Shown here one piece after another: positions 1 to 10,486 of a DNA stretch of 64,000 nucleotides (positions are counted from its first letter, which is position 1; every line of letters starts with the position of its first letter). Position numbers and translations under genes: made by a program. The notes below the pieces were generated by a model. The model was given only the letters and a program-made list of their open reading frames with translations. It searched no databases and was not told where the DNA came from. The DNA is taken from the NCBI GenBank assembly GCA_945876945.1, contig CAMCQE010000004.1, positions 3,096 through 67,095 on the forward strand, given 5' to 3'. The stretch is from Klebsiella pneumoniae. Its GTDB lineage: Bacteria; Pseudomonadota; Gammaproteobacteria; Ga0077536.

Positions 1-1081
1 AAGCGGTCGCACGCTGGCCTTCTGTCGCCTGCTGCGGGCGGAGGGGCTCCCGATCACGCCGGCCCGGGTGATGGACGCGCTCCGCGCGCTAACGTTCATC
101 GACAGCAGTCAGGTTGACGATTTCCGCCTCGCTCTGCGGATCAATCTGGCGAGCAGCCAGACGCAGGAAGCGACCTTCGACCGGGTGTTCACGCACTACT
201 TCTATGACACGGCAGACGAACGCCGGCTGCCGAGCGGCATTCGCGGCGAGACCATGCGTGGGCAGCTCGGGCATCACTACAAAGCACTGGATCAGGCCGT
301 AGACGCACCGCCCGAAGCATGGGCCCCGGAAGCCAGCGGACATGCGGTTGACCTGCGGGCGCGCTGGGATCCGGATGCCCCGCCGCTCGAACAAATCATT
401 CGGGAACTTGCGCGCCGTTTGGCGACCCGCCCGAGCCGTCGCTTTCAAACCGGCCGCCGCGGCGAAAAAGTCGATTTGCGGCGCTCCGTCCGGCGTAACG
501 CCTGTCATGGTTTCGACCTGCTGGATTTGGCCCGCGCCCGGCGCAAACAGCGCCGGACCCGCCTGGTGATGCTCTGCGATGTCTCCGGGTCGATGGACGC
601 GTTTAATCCTTTTCTGTTGCAGCTGATGTTTGGCCTGCAGCAGGCGCTGAAGTCTTCGCGCACGCTTGTGTTCAGCACCCATGTTACCGAGATCACCGCC
701 GCGCTCCGCCGGCGTTCGGTGGCCGAGACCTTGCGCGAAATTACCCAAATCGTCCGCCACTGGTCGGGCGGCACCGATATCGGTGCCGCGCTGGGCTGCT
801 TGAACCGGGGCGTTATCCGGGAAGGCGCGGCGAGTTCGACAGTTGCCATCATCATCAGCGACGGCTACGACAACGGCAGCATCGAGCGCATTGCCGAGGA
901 GATGAAAGCCTTGCAGCGGCAGGTTTCGAGCGTGGTCTGGATCAATCCCATGTATGGCGCCAGCACGTTCAAGGTGCGCGCGGCGGGCATGCGGGCCGCA
1001 TTGCCGTTTGTGGATCATTTCCTCCCGGCGTTTGACGCTCGCTCTTTGCGAGTGTTGGTCAGAGCGCTGGCACTCATCTAG
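1..1081 (+). CDS. VWA domain protein, CoxE-like (5' end lies outside the window)
   Basis: The frame of the 68..1081 ORF stays open back to the window start (SGRTLAFCRLLRAEGLPITPARV precedes the first ATG). It has a MIDAS-like DVSGSMD motif, and its length and layout fit CoxE/VWA proteins. Confidence 0.75.
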   Translation, partial: SGRTLAFCRLLRAEGLPITPARVMDALRALTFIDSSQVDDFRLALRINLASSQTQEATFDRVFTHYFYDTADERRLPSGIRGETMRGQLGHHYKALDQAVDAPPEAWAPEASGHAVDLRARWDPDAPPLEQIIRELARRLATRPSRRFQTGRRGEKVDLRRSVRRNACHGFDLLDLARARRKQRRTRLVMLCDVSGSMDAFNPFLLQLMFGLQQALKSSRTLVFSTHVTEITAALRRRSVAETLREITQIVRHWSGGTDIGAALGCLNRGVIREGAASSTVAIIISDGYDNGSIERIAEEMKALQRQVSSVVWINPMYGASTFKVRAAGMRAALPFVDHFLPAFDARSLRVLVRALALI

Positions 1082-1224
1082 ATCGCCGTTTCGGCTATTG
1101 ACAGGACGGGTTGTTAAAAAATTTGGTGAAAAACTGCTTTCCTGTTGGTACGCCTTGGCCTGGTTGAATTCGACGGCACCGTCGGACCCGACCGTAAACG
1201 AAACTTGCACCGAAGATTGAAACC

Positions 1225-2037
1225 ATGAAGCGCCCACTACTCGCCTCTGCCATCCTTCTGGCCTGCGCTGGCGCCAACCCGGTCGTTGCGCAGGACGCCG
1301 CCCCTGCTGAAGAAGCCGCCCCTGCTGAAGAAGCCGGCCCGCTGGCCACCCAGAATTTCAGCAGCACCATCTACCTGACAACGGACTTCCGCTTCCGCGG
1401 CATTTCCAACACCGATGGTCCGGCGCTGCAAGGCAGCATCGACTACACCTACGACGGCTTCTTCGTCGGCGTGTGGGGCTCCAACACCCAGTATTCCGAT
1501 GCCGGACTTGAACTCGATTACTACGGCGGCTACCGCTTCAGCTACACCGGCCTCGACTTCACCGTGCAGGGCCTGTACTACACCTACCCGGGTGAAGATA
1601 AAGACTCAACCGAAGGTTTCGACGCGGTCGGCCTCGATGTGAACTACGCCGAAATCAACTTCGGCGTGTCGCACACCTTCGAGGCGCAGTTGTCCCCGAC
1701 CGTCGGCTTTAACTACTACTACTCCCCGAACTTCTACGGTGAAGACGACGCCGCGCACGCCTTCCAGTTCAACGGCGGCCTGACCCTACCGATGGGCATT
1801 GGCGCCTATGTGATGGGCGGCTACCAGACCGTGAAGGGTGACAAATACTCCGGCGAGCTGGGCGGCTACAACTACGCCTACTACCAGGCTGGTACCACCT
1901 ACATGTTGAAGAGCTTCAAGCTGGACGTGAGCTGGACCGGTACGGACATGGACGAATCCTTGAAAGCGTTCTACCCGGACAACTTCCGAAAGCTGGTTGA
2001 AGGGACCTTCCTCTTTACCGTCTCCCGCACGTTCTAA
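1225..2037 (+). CDS. Outer-membrane beta-barrel protein (TIGR02001 / Gcw_chp-like family)
   Basis: It has a signal peptide (MKRPLLASAILLACAGANPVVA), an aromatic-rich alternating beta-strand pattern (IDYTYDGFFVGVWGSNT, YAEINFGVSHTF) and a C-terminal F. Confidence 0.65.
   Translation: MKRPLLASAILLACAGANPVVAQDAAPAEEAAPAEEAGPLATQNFSSTIYLTTDFRFRGISNTDGPALQGSIDYTYDGFFVGVWGSNTQYSDAGLELDYYGGYRFSYTGLDFTVQGLYYTYPGEDKDSTEGFDAVGLDVNYAEINFGVSHTFEAQLSPTVGFNYYYSPNFYGEDDAAHAFQFNGGLTLPMGIGAYVMGGYQTVKGDKYSGELGGYNYAYYQAGTTYMLKSFKLDVSWTGTDMDESLKAFYPDNFRKLVEGTFLFTVSRTF
1297..1332 (+). repeat. Perfect 18-bp tandem duplication (2 copies), in frame
   Basis: gccgcccctgctgaagaa occurs twice back to back. It encodes AAPAEE-AAPAEE just after the predicted signal-peptide cleavage site. 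Confidence 0.9.
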
Positions 2038-2233
2038 GCGGTCATCTGACTGTTCGGTCTACGCCGCGCTCGCGGCGGAGACTTCTCCTCCTCGGCCTGG
2101 TTACCCCAACTGGCCGGTCTGCCCCCGGCTCTGCCCTCGCGAACTCCCGCGCCATACGGTAACTTTCACCTACCGGTGCCCAGCCGTGGCTGCGCCAAAC
2201 CGGTTTCCCTGAGCCTCTACCCGGAAGGTCCCT

Positions 2234-2608
2234 ATGACGTTATTCAATGCGCAAAAATTTCAGAGCGCGCTCAACGAGGATGGCGAATTCAAAATCGCCG
2301 GACGCTTCCTCGATGGCGCCCTCAAGCTCCACTTCGCCGATGATGCCCTGCTCCTCAAATTCAGGGACGGGCAACTGGTATCCATGGTCACGCCGTCGCT
2401 GTTCGATACCGCAGATGTGGTGATCAAAGGTCCGCTCAGCAGCTGGCAGGAATTCCTGAAGCCCATACCGAAGCCGTTTTTTCACGACATGTTTGCGGCC
2501 ATCGTGCGCAATCAGTTTGAGTGGAGCGGCGACTCGGAAACCTTCTTCGCCTACTACGGCGCCTTCCGTCGCATGTTCCAGATCATGCGCGACCACGCGA
2601 TTCACTGA
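2234..2608 (+). CDS. Hypothetical small protein (possibly SCP2-like fold)
   Basis: A GGAAGG Shine-Dalgarno sequence precedes the ATG and GC3 bias is strong. It sits 12 nt upstream of the hydrolase gene. The fold assignment is only a guess. Confidence 0.45.
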   Translation: MTLFNAQKFQSALNEDGEFKIAGRFLDGALKLHFADDALLLKFRDGQLVSMVTPSLFDTADVVIKGPLSSWQEFLKPIPKPFFHDMFAAIVRNQFEWSGDSETFFAYYGAFRRMFQIMRDHAIH

Positions 2609-2620
2609 GAGGAGACCCCC

Positions 2621-3463
2621 ATGGCACGACACGACGAAACGGTGGGTCGCTACGTTTACCTCACCATCAACGACATCGAATATCGCGTTTACTACGAATC
2701 CAGCGGAAGCGGCATTCCGCTGATCTGCCAGCACACCGCCGGCGCGCACGGCTTCCAGTGGCGCCATCTGATGGAAGACAAGGAAATCACCAGCAAGTAC
2801 CGCGTTATCGCCTGGGACCTGCCCTTCCACGGTAAATCACTGCCCCCGATTGGCGACCGTCACTGGGAAAAGCCCTATAACCTCACGCGCGACTTTTTCC
2901 TGAAATTTATTCTGGGATTCTCGGCCGCGCTGGAACTCGACCGCCCGGTGTTTATGGGCTGCTCGATGGGAGGCCAGGTGGCCGTTGACCTCGCCGCCCA
3001 TCATCCCGAGTCTTTCCGCGCCTCGATCGGCGTTGAAGCCTCGCTGACGAGCCCGGGCTACTACCTCGACCAGTTCTATCACCCGCGGATTAGCAACGAA
3101 GCCAAGCCGGCCACCATGTATGGCCTCTGCGCGCCGTCCAGCCCCGAGCCCCATGTGCGCGAAACCGTTTTTGGCTACAGCCAGGGCGCGCCCATGGTGT
3201 TCAAGGGCGACCTTTACTACTACTCGGTGGAATACAACGCGGAGTCCTACGCGGACACTATCGACACCGCTAAATGCCCGCTGTATCTGCTGACCGGTGA
3301 ATACGATTTCGCTACCGGGCCGGAAGAAACCAAGGCGCTGGCAGCCAGAATCAAGGGCGTTAAATTCACCGAAATGCGCGACAACGGGCATTTCCCGATG
3401 AGCGAAAATCCGCAGAAATTCCGTGAATACCTGCTGCCCATCCTGAAGGAAATTGCCGGCTAG
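2621..3463 (+). CDS. Alpha/beta-fold hydrolase
   Basis: It has the nucleophile elbow GCSMGG and a C-terminal GHF catalytic-His context. A GAGGAG Shine-Dalgarno sequence precedes the start. Confidence 0.8.
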   Translation: MARHDETVGRYVYLTINDIEYRVYYESSGSGIPLICQHTAGAHGFQWRHLMEDKEITSKYRVIAWDLPFHGKSLPPIGDRHWEKPYNLTRDFFLKFILGFSAALELDRPVFMGCSMGGQVAVDLAAHHPESFRASIGVEASLTSPGYYLDQFYHPRISNEAKPATMYGLCAPSSPEPHVRETVFGYSQGAPMVFKGDLYYYSVEYNAESYADTIDTAKCPLYLLTGEYDFATGPEETKALAARIKGVKFTEMRDNGHFPMSENPQKFREYLLPILKEIAG

Positions 3464-3526
3464 CGTTTGGCCTCCACTATCGCTCCCGCAGCCGTGCGCG
3501 GCGGGAGCGATTTCAAACTTCACGCC

Positions 3527-4534
3527 TTAAGCGTTCAGCAACACCAGCTTGCCCATTTGCTCGCCGGCTTCCATGCGGCGATAGGCTTCGACCGCGTCTT
3601 CCAGCTTGAAGATTTGATCGACCACCGGCTCGATTCGATGCTTGTTAATGAACTCCACCATGGCAGCAAACTCGGCTGGCGTGCCCATGGTTGAGCCCTG
3701 AATGCGGATCTGGCGGAAAAACAGCTTGGCCATTTCGAGCCCATCGGGCGGATTGCCCAAGGTCGCGCCAAAGAACACAAACCGTCCGCCGTTGTTCAAG
3801 GCGTTCAAGGCCGTATTCACCACCGCACCACCAGCACTGTCGATCACCAGATCAAACCCGCCGCACAGTTCACGCAGGGATTTGCCCCAACCGTCCTGCC
3901 GATAGTTCACGCCGCCCAAGGCACCCAGTGCCTTGGCTTGTTCCAGTTTCTCGTCGCTGCCGCTGGTGACGTAGACCTCAGCGCCCAGATATTTCGCCCA
4001 CAGCAGCGCGAAGGTGGCGACGCCACCGCCGATCCCGGTGACGAGCACTTTCTGGCCCCGGGAGACTTCACCGTGCGTGACCACCGCACGCCAGGCGGTA
4101 AGCCCCGCCAGCGGAAACGCCGCAGCCTGCAGCCATGACAGGTGCGCGGGCTTGTCGACAACGTCGCTGGCCGGCGCGCAGATGAATTCGGCAAACGTGC
4201 CTTGGTCAGGCATCCCCAGCACGCGGAACTGGGCACCGCCGCAGCGCGGGTCATCGCCCCAATCGCGCGCGGGGTAAATCACCACCTCACGCCCGATGAG
4301 GGCGGCGTCAACGCCCTCGCCTACCGCATCCACGACGCCGGCGCCGTCGGAGCCGCTGGTTGCCGGGAACTTGATGCGGGGATAGGCGCCGCGAGTAATC
4401 CAGACGTCCCGGCGATTGAGCGCGCTGGCCTTCAGGGCCACGCGTACCTCGCCAGCCTTGGGCGCTGGCGTTGGGATCTCTTCGATGACGAGTTTGTCGG
4501 GACCGCCCACTTCATGCAGAACGACGGCCTTCAT
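3527..4534 (-). CDS. MDR-family NAD(P)H quinone oxidoreductase / zinc-type alcohol dehydrogenase-like
   Basis: The start MKAVVLHEVGGPDKLVIEE is typical of the family, and a GxGGGVG Rossmann motif (GIGGGVATF) is present. I chose the internal ATG at 4534 because it abuts the stop of the upstream gene at 4536. Confidence 0.8.
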   Translation of the reverse strand: MKAVVLHEVGGPDKLVIEEIPTPAPKAGEVRVALKASALNRRDVWITRGAYPRIKFPATSGSDGAGVVDAVGEGVDAALIGREVVIYPARDWGDDPRCGGAQFRVLGMPDQGTFAEFICAPASDVVDKPAHLSWLQAAAFPLAGLTAWRAVVTHGEVSRGQKVLVTGIGGGVATFALLWAKYLGAEVYVTSGSDEKLEQAKALGALGGVNYRQDGWGKSLRELCGGFDLVIDSAGGAVVNTALNALNNGGRFVFFGATLGNPPDGLEMAKLFFRQIRIQGSTMGTPAEFAAMVEFINKHRIEPVVDQIFKLEDAVEAYRRMEAGEQMGKLVLLNA

Positions 4535-4535
4535 C

Positions 4536-5324
4536 TCACTTGCCCTCGAAGCTGGGTTTGCGTTTTTCGGTAAAGGCCTTGAAACCCTCTTTGGAGTCCT
4601 TTGAATAGCAGGCGAGCCCGGCAATCGCGCGGGTTTCGAGTTCCATCTGGGTTTCCAGCGAGTTGGAGAAGCTGTCGACCAACAGGCGCTTGGTCTCGCC
4701 GTACGCGGCAGTCGGGCCGCTCGCGAACTGCTTGGCGAGCGTCTGGGCGCGAGTCATCAGGGCGTCGTCCGCCACCACCTCGGTCACCATGCCGAAGGAT
4801 TTCGCTTCTTCGGCGGTATAGACCGGGTTGAGCAATATCATTTCCTTGGCTTTGGCCATGCCCACCAGGCGCGGCAGATAGAAGGTGCTGCTACCGTCGG
4901 GCGAGACGGCGATCTTGGTGTAGGCCATGGTGAACTTGGCGGAACTGGCGGCCAGAATTACGTCGCCGGTGATCGCCATGCTCAGACCTGCGCCGGCGGC
5001 GGTGCCGTTGATCGCGGTAATCAGCGGCGCATTCATGCGCGCAAATCGCGCGATCGCACCGTGCAGGAAGCACGTCATATTGCGCATCAGTTCGGTCACG
5101 CCATCGCCCGCGGCAGCAAAGGAGGTCACGTCACCGCCGGCGCAGAACATCTTGCCCGTGCCGGTCAGAATCACCGCGCGAACGTCCGCGCTATCGCAGC
5201 GCGAGGCCACTGCCAGCAGATCCTGCGACATCTTGAGATCGAGCGCGTTGGCGGCATCGGGTCGATTCAGCGTGATAGTGGCGATGTGGTCGGTGAGATC
5301 AAAAGTCATCGTGGTCAGATTCAT
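4536..5324 (-). CDS. Enoyl-CoA hydratase/isomerase (crotonase) family
   Basis: Crotonase hallmarks are present: ITLNRPDAANAL, FCAGGD, and GxAAGAG in the oxyanion region. Confidence 0.85.
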   Translation of the reverse strand: MNLTTMTFDLTDHIATITLNRPDAANALDLKMSQDLLAVASRCDSADVRAVILTGTGKMFCAGGDVTSFAAAGDGVTELMRNMTCFLHGAIARFARMNAPLITAINGTAAGAGLSMAITGDVILAASSAKFTMAYTKIAVSPDGSSTFYLPRLVGMAKAKEMILLNPVYTAEEAKSFGMVTEVVADDALMTRAQTLAKQFASGPTAAYGETKRLLVDSFSNSLETQMELETRAIAGLACYSKDSKEGFKAFTEKRKPSFEGK

Positions 5325-5506
5325 GGGACTCCCCCTGTGCTGGTTGATTTAATTCGTGCTGGCAGGTCATTCATGATGTGGCGGCGCTCGGCGGGCGTGT
5401 AAGCGCTCCAGCGGGCGATTTCTTGTAGCGTCCGCCCGCATCCCCGACAGCGCGCGCGCTCGGGATCGATCTGACACAGCTGGATGCAGGGACTTTCGAT
5501 GCTCAT
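5321..5506 (-). CDS. DUF1289-type small Cys-rich protein
   Basis: The sequence SPCIQLCQIDPERARCRGCGRTLQEIARW matches the DUF1289 pattern. It has 4-nt overlaps with both neighbouring genes. Confidence 0.7.
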   Translation of the reverse strand: MSIESPCIQLCQIDPERARCRGCGRTLQEIARWSAYTPAERRHIMNDLPARIKSTSTGGVP

Positions 5507-6357
5507 GCGCAGGCCTCTGGCAGAGCAGCAGGTGCCGCCGCTCGCGTATAAGCCTCCAGATAATCCAGCGCTGCGATGGCGCGGCTGCCGTACCAGGAGG
5601 TCATTTCACCGTCGATCAAGGTCACCGGCACGCCGGGCAAGGCCTGCGCGATTTCTGCCAGATGCCGTTCCCGAAAAGGATAAGGCTCGCTGCTCAGGAG
5701 CACCCGATCGATGCGTCCCGCGTAGTCCTCCAGCCGCACGCAGGGATAGCGGTCTGCGCTCATCGCAGGTTCCGTATGCCAGGCAAACAGGCTGAGCATG
5801 CGAGAGATATAGGTTTCCCGCGCCACGCTCATCCACGGCTCGCGCCAAATGAGATAGAGCACTCGCTGGGGAGGCCCAGACGGCGCACCTCGCAGCCCTT
5901 CCAGCTTCGACAGCAGCGCGTCACTCAGGCGGGCGGCGCTTTCCTCCCGGTCGAACACGCCGCCCAACAAAGCGTAAAGCGGCAAGTTGTCTTCCGGACC
6001 CAGCGGATGGGTAACGATTACAGCGGGCACGAATTCGCGTAAAAGCACCGCGTCTTCGAGCCGGTTCTCATCGATATTGACCACGACGTGGGTGGGATTT
6101 AATGCCCGGATCGCGGCGATATCCACGTCCTTGGTGCCGCCCACCTTGGGCACCTCGCGCAGGGACTCCCTGGGATGAATACAAAAGCCGGTGCGTCCCA
6201 CCAGTTGCTCGCGCAAGCCGAGATCACACAGCAGCTCGGTAACACTCGGCACCAGCGATACGATGCGCGGCGGCGCGGCGGCGCGCGCGTGCGAGGTCCC
6301 TTCGGCATCAAGCCAGCGCGCCACCCTTGCCGCCTTACATATTCCGGCGATATTCAC
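5503..6357 (-). CDS. BtuF/TroA-like 'helical backbone metal receptor' (cobalamin-binding-like), no obvious signal peptide
   Basis: [51 protein letters not shown] matches the class III binding-protein pattern. The start is uncertain: GTG at 6357 overlaps the icmF stop, and an alternative GTG at 6324 is possible. Confidence 0.6.
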   Translation of the reverse strand: MNIAGICKAARVARWLDAEGTSHARAAAPPRIVSLVPSVTELLCDLGLREQLVGRTGFCIHPRESLREVPKVGGTKDVDIAAIRALNPTHVVVNIDENRLEDAVLLREFVPAVIVTHPLGPEDNLPLYALLGGVFDREESAARLSDALLSKLEGLRGAPSGPPQRVLYLIWREPWMSVARETYISRMLSLFAWHTEPAMSADRYPCVRLEDYAGRIDRVLLSSEPYPFRERHLAEIAQALPGVPVTLIDGEMTSWYGSRAIAALDYLEAYTRAAAPAALPEACA

Positions 6358-9300
6358 CGCCGACGTCGTAGAGCGCCCCGGAGATTTGTCCGAGCGAAGC
6401 CACCTTCACCGAGTCCATCAGGCGCGCAAACACGTTGCCGCGCTCACGAGCGATTTGCTGTAGCTGCGCCAGTTCAGCCGGGCGTTCATCGGCCCGCACT
6501 TCCTGATACGCGCGCACAGAGGCAATCTGCGCCTGCTTCTCTTCTTCGGTGGAACGCATGAGTTCGATGGTGGTGACCTGATCTTCCTGACCTTCCTTCG
6601 GCAGGAAGGTGTTCACCCCGATCAGCGGCAGACGGCCATCGTGTTTCAGATGCTCGTAGTACATGCTTTCGTCCTGAATCTTGCCGCGCTGATACATGGT
6701 GTCCATCGCGCCCAACACGCCGCCGCGTTCCGAAATCCGCTCAAACTCGGCATACACGGCTTCTTCGACGAGGTCGGTCATCTCATTGATGATGAACGAG
6801 CCTTGCAGCGGGTTCTCGCAGAAGTTCAAGCCGAGTTCGCGGTTGATGATGAGCTGAATGGCCACCGCACGCCGCACGGATTCTTCCGTCGGCGTAGTGA
6901 TGGCTTCGTCGTAGGCGTTGGTATGCAGGCTGTTGGTGTTGTCGAAAATCGCATACAGCGCCTGCAGCGTGGTGCGGATGTCGTTGAAGCTGATTTCCTG
7001 CGCATGCAGGCTGCGACCGGAAGTTTGAATGTGGTACTTCATCATCTGGCTGCGCGCGCTGGCGCCATAACGGTCGCGCATCGCGCGCGCCCAGATGCGG
7101 CGGGCCACGCGGCCAATCACCGAGTATTCCGGGTCCATGCCGTTGGAGAAGAAGAAGCTCAGATTGGGCGCGAAATCGTCGATCTTCATGCCGCGCGCAA
7201 GGTAGTACTCCACGATCGTGAAGCCGTTCGAGAGCGTGAACGCGAGCTGCGAAATGGGATTCGCCCCGGCTTCTGCGATGTGATAGCCGCTGATCGAGAT
7301 GCTGTAGAAGTTGCGCACATCGTGGGTGACGAAATATTCCTGCACGTCGCCCATCATCTTCATCGCGAATTCCGTCGAGAAAATGCAGGTGTTCTGCGCC
7401 TGATCTTCTTTAAGGATGTCGGCTTGCACGGTGCCGCGCACGGTGGCCAGCGTTTTGGTCTTGATGCGCGCGTAGGTTTCCGCGTCCACCACCTGATCGC
7501 CGGTGATGCCCAGCAGGCCAAGGCCCAAGCCGGTATTGGTTTCCGGTAATTCGCCGGCATAGACGGGACGGGCTTTGCCGCGGGCCTTGAACCAGGCGTC
7601 GATGCGCGGCTGCGCGGCTTCCCACTGGCCGGTTTCACGCAGATGCTTTTCCACCTGCTGGTCAATCGCCGCGTTCATGAAGAACGCGAGAATGATCGGC
7701 GCCGGGCCATTGATCGTCATCGACACCGAAGTCGACGGCGCGCAGAGATCGAAGCCGGAGTAGAGTTTCTTGGCGTCGTCCAGCGTCGCAATCGACACGC
7801 CCGAGTTGCCGATTTTGCCGTAGATATCCGGCCGCTCGTGCGGGTCTTCACCGTAGAGCGTCACGGAGTCGAAGGCGGTCGACAGACGCGCCGCCGGTTG
7901 CCCGACCGACACGTAGTGGAAGCGGCGGTTGGTGCGCTCTGGCGTGCCTTCGCCGGCGAACATGCGGGTGGGGTCTTCGCCCGTGCGGCGGTACGGATAA
8001 ACGCCACCGGTGTAGGGGTAAGCGCCCGGCAGATTTTCCTTCATCAGGAAGCGCAGACGATCGCCCCAGCTGTCGAAGCGCGGCGGCGCAATTTTCGGCA
8101 CGCGATTGTGGCTCAGGGTCTCGCGATAGTTATCGCCTTCCACCAGCTTGTCGCGTACCTGATAGGTGTATTTTTCAGCGGTGATGCCGGCGAGACGTGC
8201 CGGCCACTCGCGCAGGAGCTGCTGCGCTTCCGCGCCGATGGCGGCGAGGCATTCGTTATAGCGACGGCGCAGCTTGCCAATGGCGTCGTCGCCCAGCTGG
8301 ACTTCCGCATAGGGTTCGCCGGCGGCCGGCAGCGTGGGGTCGCCCACGGCTTCGAGCGCACACCAGCAGTGCTGCGCCAGGCTGGCCGCGGCGGCAGCGC
8401 GTTCTACAAACGCGTTGATGCCTCTGCCCTGCTCTACGATCTCGGCCAGATAGCGGGTGCGATTGCCGGGAATGAGCACGGTGGCGCGCGGTTCCTTTAC
8501 CGCCACATTGAGATCGGGCGACCACTTCGCTTCATCGGCGCCAATCTTGGCGGCCAGCGCCTTGCACAGATTGATGAACATCCAGGTTAAGCCTGGATCG
8601 TTGAACTGGCTGGCAATGGTGGGGAACACCGGAATCTCTTCGTCCGGCGTCATGAACGCCTGATGATTGCGTTTCCACTGTTTGCGGATGTCACGCAGCG
8701 CGTCTTCCGCGCCGCGCTTGTCGAACTTGTTCAGCACAATGACGGAGGCGAAATCGAGCATGTCGATTTTTTCCAGCTGGCTCGCGGCGCCGTACTCGCT
8801 GGTCATCACGTACATCGGGAGGTCGACCAGATCCACGATTTCAGAATCGCTCTGGCCAATACCGGCCGTTTCAACGATTACCAAATCGAAGCTCAGCGAT
8901 TTCAGGAAGGCCACGGCATCACCCAGCATGGCGCTGGTCGAGAGATGCTGGCGGCGGGTCGCCATCGATCGCATATATAGCCGATCGTGGCGCAGGCTGT
9001 TCATGCGGATGCGGTCGCCGAGCAGCGCGCCACCGGTACGCCGACGGGTGGGATCAACCGCCAGCACCGCAATGCGCATCTGCGGGAAGTACTGCATGAA
9101 GCGCGACAGGATCTCGTCCGTCACCGAACTCTTGCCCGCGCCGCCGGTGCCCGTGATGCCGATGACCGGCACTTTGCCGCCGGCGATTTTCCATTCGCGG
9201 CGCAGTTTCTCGAGCTGGGTTTCGCTCAGCAGACCGTCTTCAAGGGCGGACAGCATTTGCGCCACCGACAGCGGGTTGCTGGCGTCAACGGTATCGGGAA

Positions 9301-9778
9301 TGGAGGTCGGGCGCCGATGCTTGACGGCGCGCCCCACGAGGTCATCAATCATGCCCTGCAGCCCCATCTTCATGCCGTCGGTCGGGTGATAGATGCGCTC
9401 CACCCCGTAGGCCTGCAGGTCGGCAATTTCTTCTGGCGTGATGGTGCCACCGCCGCCGCCGAACACGCGCACGTGACCGGCGCCGGCTTCGCGCAGCAGA
9501 TCGACCATGTACTTGAAGTACTCGTTGTGGCCGCCCTGATAGGAACTGATGGCGATGCCATCGGCGTCTTCCTGCAAAGCAGCCTGCACGACGTCCGACA
9601 CGCTACGGTTATGACCGAGATGAATCACCTCGGTGCCCGCGCCCTGAATCAGTCGCCGCATCACGTTGATCGCGGCGTCGTGTCCGTCAAACAGTGACGC
9701 GGCGGTCACAAAGCGCAACGGTGCGGTTTGCGGGCTGCTGTCGTGCTCGGTCAGCATTTCGTGGGCGGGTGTGCTCAT
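6335..9778 (-). CDS. icmF: Fused isobutyryl-CoA mutase (B12-binding domain + MeaB-type GTPase + mutase barrel)
   Basis: The N-terminal B12 domain reads [28 protein letters not shown]3E GTPase P-loop ([12 protein letters not shown]) follows, then a long C-terminal acyl-CoA mutase substrate domain. At 1147 aa it fits IcmF. Confidence 0.9.
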   Translation of the reverse strand: MSTPAHEMLTEHDSSPQTAPLRFVTAASLFDGHDAAINVMRRLIQGAGTEVIHLGHNRSVSDVVQAALQEDADGIAISSYQGGHNEYFKYMVDLLREAGAGHVRVFGGGGGTITPEEIADLQAYGVERIYHPTDGMKMGLQGMIDDLVGRAVKHRRPTSIPDTVDASNPLSVAQMLSALEDGLLSETQLEKLRREWKIAGGKVPVIGITGTGGAGKSSVTDEILSRFMQYFPQMRIAVLAVDPTRRRTGGALLGDRIRMNSLRHDRLYMRSMATRRQHLSTSAMLGDAVAFLKSLSFDLVIVETAGIGQSDSEIVDLVDLPMYVMTSEYGAASQLEKIDMLDFASVIVLNKFDKRGAEDALRDIRKQWKRNHQAFMTPDEEIPVFPTIASQFNDPGLTWMFINLCKALAAKIGADEAKWSPDLNVAVKEPRATVLIPGNRTRYLAEIVEQGRGINAFVERAAAAASLAQHCWCALEAVGDPTLPAAGEPYAEVQLGDDAIGKLRRRYNECLAAIGAEAQQLLREWPARLAGITAEKYTYQVRDKLVEGDNYRETLSHNRVPKIAPPRFDSWGDRLRFLMKENLPGAYPYTGGVYPYRRTGEDPTRMFAGEGTPERTNRRFHYVSVGQPAARLSTAFDSVTLYGEDPHERPDIYGKIGNSGVSIATLDDAKKLYSGFDLCAPSTSVSMTINGPAPIILAFFMNAAIDQQVEKHLRETGQWEAAQPRIDAWFKARGKARPVYAGELPETNTGLGLGLLGITGDQVVDAETYARIKTKTLATVRGTVQADILKEDQAQNTCIFSTEFAMKMMGDVQEYFVTHDVRNFYSISISGYHIAEAGANPISQLAFTLSNGFTIVEYYLARGMKIDDFAPNLSFFFSNGMDPEYSVIGRVARRIWARAMRDRYGASARSQMMKYHIQTSGRSLHAQEISFNDIRTTLQALYAIFDNTNSLHTNAYDEAITTPTEESVRRAVAIQLIINRELGLNFCENPLQGSFIINEMTDLVEEAVYAEFERISERGGVLGAMDTMYQRGKIQDESMYYEHLKHDGRLPLIGVNTFLPKEGQEDQVTTIELMRSTEEEKQAQIASVRAYQEVRADERPAELAQLQQIARERGNVFARLMDSVKVASLGQISGALYDVGGEYRRNM

Positions 9779-9791
9779 GTCTGTCTCTCCT

Positions 9792-10430
9792 CTAAGCCTT
9801 GGCCGAAAGCGCCAGGGTCATTTGCTGTTTGAGTCCGATGTGCAGGTCTTGCAGATGATCTGTCGCCTCAGGGCGGACCAACCATTGGTAGACGATGCCG
9901 ATAATGGCGGCGCAGAACTGTTGGGCGACGGCGTTAACCGGGACCTCGGAGGGCACGCTGCCCTGCGCGATGCCGCTGCGGATCCAGGCTTCAATATCGC
10001 GCTGGCGTCGCTCGTGAACGTTGGCAATGGTCAGTTTGAAATCCGCATCCGGCCCGATGGAATCGAACCAGAGGCTGTAAAACGCGCGGATGCGCTCCGC
10101 GCCATCACGCACAAAGCAATAGTGCGCATCGGTGGCCGACAAAATGGCCGGAAGCCCCACCTGATCGCGCACCGCCTCGCGCAAGGTCGCCAACCACTCC
10201 TCGCCCACGGAGCGCACGATGAAGGCAAACAGCGCCGCTTTGTTGCCGAAGCGAACGCTGGCGAGTCCGCGACTGTAGCCCGCCAACTCACCGACCTCTT
10301 TCAGCGTCGTGCCAGCGGCCCCGCGGGTCACGATCAAGCTCACGGCGGCATCCAGCATGCGAGCATCGGACAGGGCCGTGCGCTCCGCATGGCTGCGGCG
10401 AACGGGCAAAGTTTTGACGGCGAGGTTCAT
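9792..10430 (-). CDS. TetR/AcrR-family transcriptional regulator
   Basis: The N-terminal HTH region is [40 protein letters not shown] chose the internal ATG at 10430. It ends 13 nt upstream of icmF. Confidence 0.8.
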   Translation of the reverse strand: MNLAVKTLPVRRSHAERTALSDARMLDAAVSLIVTRGAAGTTLKEVGELAGYSRGLASVRFGNKAALFAFIVRSVGEEWLATLREAVRDQVGLPAILSATDAHYCFVRDGAERIRAFYSLWFDSIGPDADFKLTIANVHERRQRDIEAWIRSGIAQGSVPSEVPVNAVAQQFCAAIIGIVYQWLVRPEATDHLQDLHIGLKQQMTLALSAKA

Positions 10431-10436
10431 GGCCGG

Positions 10437-10474
10437 ATTATGCCGGCCGCAAATATTTGCTTGCAACAAGCAAA
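10437..10474 (-). promoter_or_regulatory. Candidate autoregulated, near-leaderless TetR promoter with palindromic operator
   Basis: On the minus strand I read TTGCAA (10461-10466), an 18-nt spacer, CATAAT (10437-10442), then 6 nt to the ATG. There is no Shine-Dalgarno sequence. A perfect 8-bp inverted repeat TTTGCTTG-caa-CAAGCAAA (10456-10474) is centred on the -35 element. Confidence 0.45.
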
Positions 10475-10486
10475 AATCCGAAACCC

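Noticed and set aside
89-1237. A 382-aa ORF antisense to the VWA gene.
   Set aside because: It is a shadow ORF typical of high-GC DNA. The translation is Arg/Ala/Gly-rich and low-complexity with no recognisable motifs, while the sense-strand protein has clear family features.
2062-2077. A small GC hairpin after the outer-membrane protein gene, considered as a terminator.
   Set aside because: It has only a 6-bp stem and a 4-nt loop with no U-tract. That is too weak to call.
9779-9791. A possible cobalamin riboswitch upstream of icmF.
   Set aside because: Only 13 nt separate tetR from icmF. There is no room for a riboswitch, and no B12-box-like sequence was seen upstream of tetR either.
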